A stretch of DNA of 64,000 nucleotides from Azolla caroliniana (lineage: Eukaryota > Plantae > Polypodiophyta), in contig JBHGNT010000003.1 in the NCBI GenBank assembly GCA_043228905.1, forward strand, positions 9,114,001 to 9,178,000, given 5' to 3'. Below are positions 1 through 9,100 of the stretch, piece by piece. The notes under the pieces were generated by a model. The model saw only the letters and a list, made by a program, of their open reading frames with translations. It was not told the DNA's origin and ran no database searches. The position numbers and the translations under genes are program-made. The first letter of the stretch is position 1; each line of letters opens with the position of its first letter.

Positions 1-76
1 GCTAACGATCCAGCACACTACGATCCGCCGCATACATAAGAAGAGCTCGAGTGCCTTCTTCACGTTTTCCTTAACA
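1..76. mobile_element. End of an unidentified LTR (…TTCCTTAACA) inserted into the 5' LTR of the gag-only gypsy element
   Basis: Ends in AACA at 76. From 77 (ggtctcttgtgcaagacccc) the sequence matches the host's other LTR at 11470 onward; 1-76 does not. The other end lies outside the window. Confidence 0.5.
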
Positions 77-473
77 GGTCTCTTGTGCAAGACCCCGCTC
101 TACGTGACGAGCCCGAGAGCTCCTCGGACGATGGCTTGGCAGTAGACTACTGTTCTAACCTACCCTACCTTGGTCCGGCTCGAAGCCGGGAATGTATTCT
201 TCCCCTTGTAATATACATACTCGTATCTGTTTGTGCATATTGGTGTTTGTGGTGGTGTCGGGAGCACAACCCCCCTCTTGCTTCCTGTGCAAAAGAGTCG
301 GTGTCACGCGCATGCTCTCCCTCTCCTTTCTCTCTCTCTCTCTCTCTCTCTCGTGTTCGGTTCCATCCGGGCCGTGTCCGGTGTCGGTTTTCTTGGCGTC
401 CCTCTTCTCCCTCGTCCGAGACCCCCGTGGTCCCGCCGCTTCTACACGCACGTGCGTAGCAACACGACATATT

Positions 474-490
474 TGGTGAACCCAATGTGA
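474..490 (+). promoter_or_regulatory. Primer-binding site complementary to tRNA-Trp 3' end
   Basis: TGGTGAACCCAATGTGA, 4 nt after the LTR end. The complement of the plant tRNA-Trp 3' end, recalled from memory, is TGGTGAACCCGACGTGA; both differences are CpG-decay type. Confidence 0.7.
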
Positions 491-507
491 AGGGCGGCAA
501 GGGAGAA

Positions 508-1150
508 TGGAGCTGGAAGAAGACGACTTCGTGCAACTTTTTGTCGAAGCGGTGAGGGAGTTTGGACGAGCAACAACAAGATGAGAGACGGCGCAACAAG
601 CGGTTGAGCGAGTGGTCGAAAGAGTCAACCGTTTCAACGGGGACAAAGTCCCATTTTACTTGGAAGCCTACAACGCGGAAATGGAGGAGCGAGATGTAGC
701 CGAGGCGTTGAGGCTGGAGTTCTTCTGTCGGGTCGTCGTCGTCCGTATACACGCGGAAGTGAAGGAGCTCCGAGAAGCTCATAGTTCGTGGGAGGCCTTC
801 GAAGAGGCGCTCCTGCAGGCATATGGGGGACGACGGAAGAGCCGGGGACGACGCGGCTTCGACCAGTGGGTAACATCGGCAAAGACCCATCGGGGCGCAA
901 TGAAGGCGTTCCGAGAGTTCGAGTGATGGCTTGCTCGGCTCCCGGAGCGGGAAACAGGTTTGGTGGGGGTGGACAAAGTCTTGTTGTTCGTTAAGTCGAT
1001 CGACCGAGCGGAATGGGAGGCCATTGGGATTGAGCTCGAAGACGAGGACGGAGCGAATGGCCTCACCAAGGACTGGTCGAAGGTCAGAAGGGTATGCCAA
1101 CGACTAGATGACGAGCGAGCCGAGAAGGCTAAGGGGAAGGCGCGCGATGG
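508..1150 (+). pseudogene. Decayed Gag of Phygy-like gypsy element
   Basis: MELEEDD…RFNGDKVPFYLEAY…SWEAFEEAL…FREFE*…LEDEDGANGLTKDW resembles bryophyte non-chromoviral gypsy Gag (RFDG…FL…Y, LED…GLT.W). In-frame TGA stops split it into ORFs 612-926 and 960-1373. Confidence 0.7.
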
Positions 1151-1329
1151 CGGCCATCACAGCGGGAAGAGGCCGAACGGCAAAGAGAGTCAGAAAGGCT
1201 CCGCTTCGCGGCAAAAATTGCGGAGGCGTACGCAACTCTTGAGGCAATGCTCGAGGAAGAGGAAAGATCGAGGCCACAAGCCGACGCCGAGGAGACGAAC
1301 TTGCCCCACGAGATGGCAGGAGATTGGTA

Positions 1330-3390
1330 CGACGGTGCCACGGGAGAGGGTGCAGAACAAAACACCCTCTTGACTTGCGGAGATAGAATGACTGAGGACG
1401 AGGCCGAGATACTGATCGCAGAATCGGAATGTTGGGACCGGCGATTTCGGGCACGTCAGCCCGAAACTCCGGACATAGGAGAAGCAAGGCTAGGTGGGGC
1501 TTGCGTGATCGGTAAGAAGACGACCACCGACCACGAGGAGCCGGTGGCTACAGACAAGGGCGTAAAATAGACGGGCGATTCTTCGCGTCTTCCCACACTT
1601 GCTCCCGAGTTGATGGCAATCGGGCCCGAGTGCTCACATGAGTCCCAAGAGGAGGAAGGCAGCGGCGTGAGACCGAGAATCATTGGCGAGACGATACGGG
1701 GAAGGAACGAACAAGAGCCCTCGGGACCAAATCCGGAGAACTCGGCATTCGGGCCCTTACGCCCATGTGAGACCGAGGAGATGGATGACGGTATCGAGGA
1801 GTCCTGGCACGATGCTAGCGAAGATGGATGGGAAATGGCCCGCGAAGAGGTCGAAGAAGCAACCAAGAAACAACCCGACTGGGGACCGAACCACGCAGCG
1901 CTCCGATTTGGGTGGAGCGCCATCCGGTCGTGGATTGTTCGACTGGGGCCAGAATCGGCATGAGGGTGCCGATATGGGAGAGGGTGCGGAACAAGCCGCC
2001 CTCTTTTACATGGGGACAAAGACCAACCAGGCGAAGGTCGAGAATCGAAAAGAAGGTGATCAAGGGTTCGGAACGAGTCCGACAAGGTCAGCATCAGAGC
2101 CGAAACTCCGGACATTGGAGAATCAAGCCCAAGCGGGGCTTGGTTGATCACAGAGCGGATACTTTCCACCGACACCATTAAAAGGGTCGGTGGCCCTGGA
2201 CGAGTCACCGAAATACGTTATGAAATCGGTTACCCCGCATCTTGTCCGGAGACTTTAGCAGTTCAGCTGACAAGGCAACATGAGACCAAAAGAGATGGAA
2301 GATGGAGATGGGAGCAAAGCGAGGAGAGTGACGATGAGTTAGGGAGAAGTGCAAGGGATGAAGCGGAGAACGAAGTCCGGTCCTACGGAGATCCTCCCAT
2401 CGATCTGGCTATCGGCCCGAGTGCCAGTGTGAGTCCTATAGGAGAGATCGGTGGCAACAGGAGAACGGGACCCGACAATCCAGAGACGGACATACCCAGA
2501 TGAGAACCGGGTGGAATGGACTTCCGGAAAAATGATCCGGAAGAGAGGAGAGAGCAGGCCTACGAAGAGGCCGGGAGCACGGTACGTCGGTACCATGGGG
2601 GAGGGTGTGGAGCGAGCCACCCTCTCGACTTGCGGACAAAGACGACCCGAGATAAGGTTCGGAGACGAAACAGAGGCCCGAGGAGGATCCTTCACATCGA
2701 TTCTAGAGACTTCGGCAGTTGGCCCGAGAGCCGGCATGAGACCTAGAGTGACAATCGGTGGCGGTGAGGGGACGAAGGCAAAGAATTGCGGATGGGCGGT
2801 TTGCGGAGATCCTCACACCGATTCGGTTGTCGGCCCAAGTGCCGGCGTGAGTCCTATAGGAGAGATCGGTGGAGGCAAGCGGACCAACAGAAGATGCCGA
2901 CGCGAAGGTTGGGAAAACGGCAAGCGGTTAGTTGCAACCTTACACACACCGATTCAAGAGACTCCGGCGGTCGGCCCGAGAGCCCACGTGAGACCTAGAG
3001 TAAGGAATGGTGGCGGCGTCAAGGTGGGCAACCGAAGACAACCGAAGGGGAGGTCTACAGAGATCCTCACACCGATCCGACGATCGGCCCAAGTGCCAGC
3101 GTGAGTCCTATAGGAGAGATCGGTGGAGGCAAACGTAACCAGCAGAAGATGCCGACGCGAAGGTCGGGAAAACGGCAAGTGGTTAGCTGCGACCTTACAC
3201 ACACCGGTTCAAGAGACTCCGGTGGTCGGCCCGAGAGCCCATGTGAGACCTAGAGTAAGGAATGGTGGCGGCGGCAAGACGGGCAACCGAAGGCAGAAGG
3301 GGAGGTCCCACGAAGATCCTCACATTGATTCGGCGGTTGGCCCGAGTGCCGACATGAGTCCTATAGGAAGGGACGGTGGTGGCAGGTGAA
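1330..3390 (+). repeat. Degenerate internal direct repeats of the gag-only element (units up to ~250 bp)
   Basis: gatcctcacaccgat…ggccc(a/g)agtgcc…gagtcctataggag recurs at ~2389, 2808, 3062 and 3314. ggagagggtgc/gtgg recurs at ~1343, 1977 and 2600. cgaaactccggacat occurs at ~1462 and 2101. Confidence 0.75.
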
Positions 3391-3679
3391 CGTGATCGGA
3401 CGACGGAAAGCAGAGCGAAAGGAGGAATGAGGTTGGCGAGGCGACCACGAACCAAACACGGACTCGACAGGCAAGATCGGCAAGACAAAGATCAGACGCG
3501 CTTGGTACACGAGTCGGTGACCTAACAAAACGAAGGCCCCAGAAGGATCGTTCACACCTGCCCGAAGACCCCAACTGTTCGGCTGACGTGACAATGTGAG
3601 ACTGAGGGTAATGGAAGGTGGCGGCAAGGGGACAAAGGCAGCAAGGGGACAGAGGGACCGACCAACCAAGGTGTTACGT

Positions 3680-4990
3680 TGTCGTGAAGATTTTCGGCAA
3701 TAGTGTGAAAATCCCATAAAACGTACGAAATCGAGTATGAATCACGTAGTACAATAATTGTGAAGATAACATTTTAAATAGATTTAATATCTAAGTACAA
3801 AATGATGGAGGTTTCGAATGCACTTTATTACACGAGAAACGGACAACTAAATGTCAAGATATGAGGGTATAAAGTTTGTAAAAGGAAAGGAGAAAATTGT
3901 GAGATATCCCACATAGGCACGACAAATACAACTCTCATCATATATAAGGTGGAACAAAAGATATTATCTTTGTGTCTATGTGTGGAGCATAGAGAGTTCA
4001 AGGTAACTTGAACTAATAGTGGAGGTGGGCTAGCTACTCGTAAAGGGTTTTGGCCAACCAAAATCGGACCGACGATGGAGCCGGTGATCCGGCGGCATCC
4101 AGCGAGGCACCGGTAACCGACGACATCCAGCGGCGGCACCGGTAACCGACGGCATCCAGCGACGACACCGGTAACCGACGACATCCGGCGATGCACCGGT
4201 ATCCGGCGACGGCAATGGTAACCAACCAAAATCGGACCGACGATGGAGCCGGTGATCCGGCGGCATCCAGCGAGGCACCGGTAACCGACGACATCCAGCG
4301 GCGGCACCGGTAACCGACGGCATCCAGCGACGACACCGGTAACCGACGGCATCCGGCGATGCACCGGTATCCGGCGACGGCAACGGTAACCAACGACATC
4401 CGGCGATGGTATCCGGCGACTAGATAAATAAATATATAAATATATATACATATTTACATGTACAAGGAGGGCAAGTAAGGATTCAAACCTTGCACCTCCA
4501 AGTTAGGAGTCAATTGGCTTACCATTAAGCCATGCTATTTAGTTGAAATTATATTTCTATCATTGTACTTTTACATGTAAATTCTCATACATGAGAACTA
4601 AAATGAGTGACATGGTTATCATGCACCACATGTAATACATAAGCGCCAAATGGCAAACATGCAATTTATGCATGTCTTGTACCCTCACAGGCATCATATG
4701 CATGAGAGCATCTATAAAAGAGGGAAGGGGGAGAAGAAAAAACATGGTTTTTTTTATTATGAAATTAAGAAGAAGAAATTCGTTATCAAATTGATGGTGT
4801 AACTTGTTTCTTAAATCCAAAGATAAAAAGTTCAATCGATCTTTCTCAATCGTTTAATCTCAACTTCTCTCTTTCCCAATCTATCTTAAGTACTTTCTCG
4901 CCAAAGCTTGTATCGACTCTAAATCCTTCTGGTCTAGAACCCCGGCGGTTCCGCCTCATGATCCGCGTGTAGTGACGGATCTTCACGACA
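3680..4990 (+). mobile_element. Solo LTR (1311 bp), Phygy-like family
   Basis: 12-bp terminal inverted repeats TGTCGTGAAGAT…ATCTTCACGACA. 4-bp TSD ACGT at 3676-3679 and 4991-4994. The family U5 motif (cccc…ggt.ccgcc…gcgtgtag) lies near the 3' end. Confidence 0.85.
4055..4420 (+). repeat. CpG-rich higher-order tandem repeat within the solo LTR
   Basis: ~27-30 bp units caccggtaaccgacg(a/g)catcc(a/g)gcg, arranged in a ~168-bp block present twice (starts ~4055 and ~4223). Confidence 0.85.
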
Positions 4991-6140
4991 ACGTGAAAGA
5001 AGGAGGCCATGTGGGCCAGGACGCGGCAAGGGTGATCTTCCGGTAAGCTGTCGGGAACACCCAATAAAGGAGCGGTGTGCCGAGCCGGAAAGGGCACACC
5101 CGAAAGCAGAACGAAGGGCGTGCGTGTGGCCACCGAGGGCCAAAGCAAAGCACGGGTACGGGACGGTGCTCGGCACAGATGGTGCCGAGCAAGGAAGGCG
5201 GAAGACGGCACACAGCGGTGTCGGGAACGAGAACACGGGCACACATAAGCATGCTACACAGAATGGAGACCGGAACAAGGTAGATGGCCGGAGAGGGATC
5301 CTCCACACCGGGTCCCGGAGACCTTGGCAGTTTGAGCCGACGCGGCATCGTAAGACCAAGGAGAAGGAAGGTGGCAGCGAGGGGACGACAGTAAGCGGAA
5401 AGCTCCAAACCGGTGGCAGCAACGCAAAATGAAAGTGGCCAAGCGGGCTACCAAGAGGAGTTCCTCAAGCGGAGGACACCGCGTATCTGAAGGAAAGAGA
5501 TGTGTGCATGTGGTCGAAAGAAGGGCCAACAAAGGGGCACGCATACTACGGGATCGCGGCAGACGACCTATTGACGGGTCGAATGAGCCTACGGAGAAGC
5601 GAGCGGCACGAAGATGAACCAGACCTGGGCGACCTGGATAGCGAGGACGACCGGTTCAGAGCGAATGGCGATCTGGAGGAAGAAGGGTGAGCGCGGGCCG
5701 GTCTTCTCCGGCAAGAGTCTAGTTTGGCGCATACCGGTGGATGCGCGGTTAGGTGGGGGCGGATGTCATGGAGAAAACCGTCCCTAGGCGGAATCAGAGA
5801 ATATCGGGAGAATCGACGGAGTGCATCATGTGTACTCACCCTTGTGTAAATGTGTGAATAATAGGGGGGCCTTTATGGCACCGAGTAGGAGTCAAGTCGG
5901 GACAAAGAATCCCATGTAAATCGGGATTTATCCCACATTGTAACGCATCTCTCTCCTTGTTCTATAAAAGGAAGGGATGGTCCCTTGTGAAGGGGTTGCC
6001 CATTTTTGTGCTAGAGGGTATACCGTTAGATTAGGGTTAGGCGGTTCTATCTTGGTAGTTTCTTTTTTTGTTTTCTCTTCTTCCTCTTCTTCTTCGTCGT
6101 CGTGAGGGTTGAGAGTTCGTGTCTGTTCAGGGTTTGCTTC

Positions 6141-9100
6141 TGTAAGGAATAGACCCTTCTATTCACCTTCACCACTCGGCCACAACCGAGTAAGCGCGAA
6201 TCAATGGAGCAGAAAATAGGAACCACAAAGAGAAACAAAACGCGAGTACACAGGGATTAACGTGGAAAACCCTAGACGGGAAAAACCACGGGAGTACAAG
6301 ACTCCAAACCAACACTATACAGAGAAGTATACAATGGCGAGCTGCAAGGCGACGACCTTGAGCTCGCTGTCTTCGCCACAGGCGGCGGTATTACACAGAG
6401 GCGTCGACCTCTTCCTCTCTCACGCTCTATCTCTCTCACGGCTGCTCTCTCTTCACTCCTCTAAAGTGGGAAAACAGAAAAATGAGAAGCAACAGTAAAA
6501 CTGTTTGCCCTAAGTCATATTTATACACATATGACTTTGGGGCTATTTACAACTATAGCCTCAAGGGCCCTTGGCAAACATATTCACAGATATGTCCCCG
6601 CATCCGGATCTCGCTTCGGGTACATTCGTCATCCGGCTCCGAAGCCGGGGTCTTCATCATCCGGTTCCGAAACCGAAACCGGGCTTGTCGGCATTCATCT
6701 CCGATATCCGACCATCCCATCCGAAGGGACCGTAATCCCAACAAACTCCCCCTTCACTTCGGCATGGGATGTCTCTCCAATCCGATCCTCTTCCGGCATG
6801 CTTCCAGCTTGTCGGGTGTGAGCACCTTGGTCAGCATATCCGACCCGTTCTCGTCTGTGTGGATCTTCGTCAGCACGAACTCCTTGTCTTCTATCCTTTC
6901 CCGGATCCAGTGATATCTTCGCTGGATGTGCTTCGTCCGGGAGTGATAGGCCGCGTTCTTTGCAAGGTGGATTGCACTCTGACTGTCGCAGTAGAGTCGG
7001 TACTCCTCCTGCCGGATACCGAGCTCTCTAATGAAGTCCTTCATCCATATTATTTCCTTGCCGGCTTCAACAGCCGCCATGTACTCCGCCTCCGTGGTTG
7101 ACAACGCAACCGTCTTCTGCAGCCTCGACTGCCATGAAACAGCTCCCCCTGCATACGTCATCACATACCCTGATGTGGACCGGCTGGTATCTGCATCAGC
7201 CGACATATCCGAATCGGTGAAACCGTCGAGTTCGGGTTTACTGGAGCCGAATCGGAGGCACACGTTTGCCGTGCCCTTCAGGTATCGGAGTATCCACTTG
7301 GCCGCGTTCCAATGCTCTTTGCCGGGATTGCTCATGTACCGGCTCACCACTTCGACTGCGTATCCAATGTCCGGTCTTGTACACACCATTGCGTACATCA
7401 AGCTTCCGACGGCAGAGGCATATGGCACTTTCATCATGTCCTCCTTCTCAGCCTTTGTCTTGGGGCTTTGCTTGCTGGACAGCTTGCAGTTTGCCGGGAG
7501 GGTCGATCCGACCGGTCTTGCTTCCGACATGTTGAACCGGTGAAGCACCTTCGTCACGTACTTCTCCTGTGACAGCCACAACTGCTTCTTCTTCCGGTCC
7601 CGGATGATGTGCATCCCTAGTATTTGCCTCGCCGGACCTAGGTCCTTCATTGAGAAGGTTCGGTGAAGAGCCTTCTTCAGCATCTGTATCTTGACCTGGT
7701 TCCGTCCGACGATCAACATGTCGTCCACGTACAGGAGGAGTATTAGAAAGTCTCCTCCTTTGAATTTCTTCACAAACACGCAGTGGTCGGACTGCGTTTT
7801 GAGGTACCCTTCGTCGGTCATGAAGGAGTCGAACTTCCGGTACCATTGCCGGGGAGCCTGCTTCAGTCCGTAAAGGCTCTTCTTCAGCCGGCATACCAGG
7901 TGCTCCTTCCCTTTCTTCTCGAATCCTTCCGGTTGCTGCATGTAGATCTCTTCTTCGAGGTCACCGTGAAGGAATGCCGTCTTCACGTCCATCTGTTCTA
8001 CCTCGAGGTCCATGCTAGCCGCTATGCCCAGCACCGTCCGGATGGAGGTCATCTTCACTACCGGGGCAAATATCTCGTCGAAGTCGACGCCCTTCTTCTG
8101 CTGAAACCCCTTCACCACGATCCTGGCTTTGTATCTCGGGGGGTTTCCGGCATCTCCCGGTTTCAGCTTGAACACCCACTTGTTTCGAAGTGCCCGCTTT
8201 CCTTTCGGCAACTCCACAAGTTCATATGTGTGGTTCTCATGCAGGGAATCCATCTCGTCCTGCATGGCACTCAACCACCTGCGGCTCTGGGTGTCATGTT
8301 TTGCTTCTTCAAAGCTCTCCGGCTCCCCCTCGTCGGTTAGCAGCACGTGCTCTGGTTCCGGAAATCTCCGGGGGGCCCTTCTCTCTCTTAGAGGATATCT
8401 CCGTTCCGAAGCTTCGGTAACTGGTTCTTCCGATTCTTCTTCATCCGAATCCATTTCGGGATCGGGGCCGGTTCCGGTATCATTTTCGTCTTCTTCGGCC
8501 GGTTCGGTTTCTTCACCGTCTTCGGCCGGATCCTCGAGTGCTAACCGGTCCCTTGCCGGTCGGGACTGCTCCTCGTAGAGTTTATCCTCACCGGTCGACT
8601 TGGAGCTCTTCATCTTCTTCTCCGACTCCCAGTCGGCGAGTGTCTTGTCCTCCATGAAGACGATATCTCGACTCCTGAATATCTTCTTGTCGACCGGGTC
8701 CCATACTCGGTAGCCGAACTCGTCGTCGCCGTATCCGAGGAATATGCATGGCCGGGTCTTTGGATCTAGCTTTCCTCTCCGGTCCTTTGCCACATGCACG
8801 TATGCGAGACACCCGAACACCTTCAGATGCCGGTAGGATACTTCCCTACCGGTCCACACTCTGTGCGGCGTGTCTCCGCCCAAAGGTACTGAGGGTGATC
8901 TGTTTATCACGTATGTCGCCGTCGACATCGCCTCAGCCCAAAAACCCTTGGGTAATTCCGCATGCGCCAGCATACTCCGGACCCTCTCCATTATGGTCCG
9001 GTTCATCCTCTCGGCCAGCCCGTTCAGTTCCGGCGTCTTCGGCACAGTAAACTCGAGCCGAATTCCCTTCGAGCGACAGTACTCCTGGAACTGCCCCCGG

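Noticed and set aside
165-3717. Many overlapping ORFs (e.g. 311 aa at 165-1100, 250 aa at 1456-2208, 217 aa at 2451-3104)
   Set aside because: Shadow or antisense frames in GC-rich TE sequence. Only the broken gag frame has recognisable motifs.
3828-4451. Repetitive ORFs of 117-207 aa
   Set aside because: Translation of a stop-free tandem repeat inside a solo LTR.
4468-4535. Functional tRNA genes here and at 33409, 30395 and 61250-61410
   Set aside because: No complete acceptor stem or cloverleaf; reported only as tRNA-like box modules.
3676-4994. DNA transposon or MITE with 16-bp TIRs
   Set aside because: The outer 4 bp are the palindromic TSD ACGT. TG…CA ends and the family U5 motif indicate a solo LTR.
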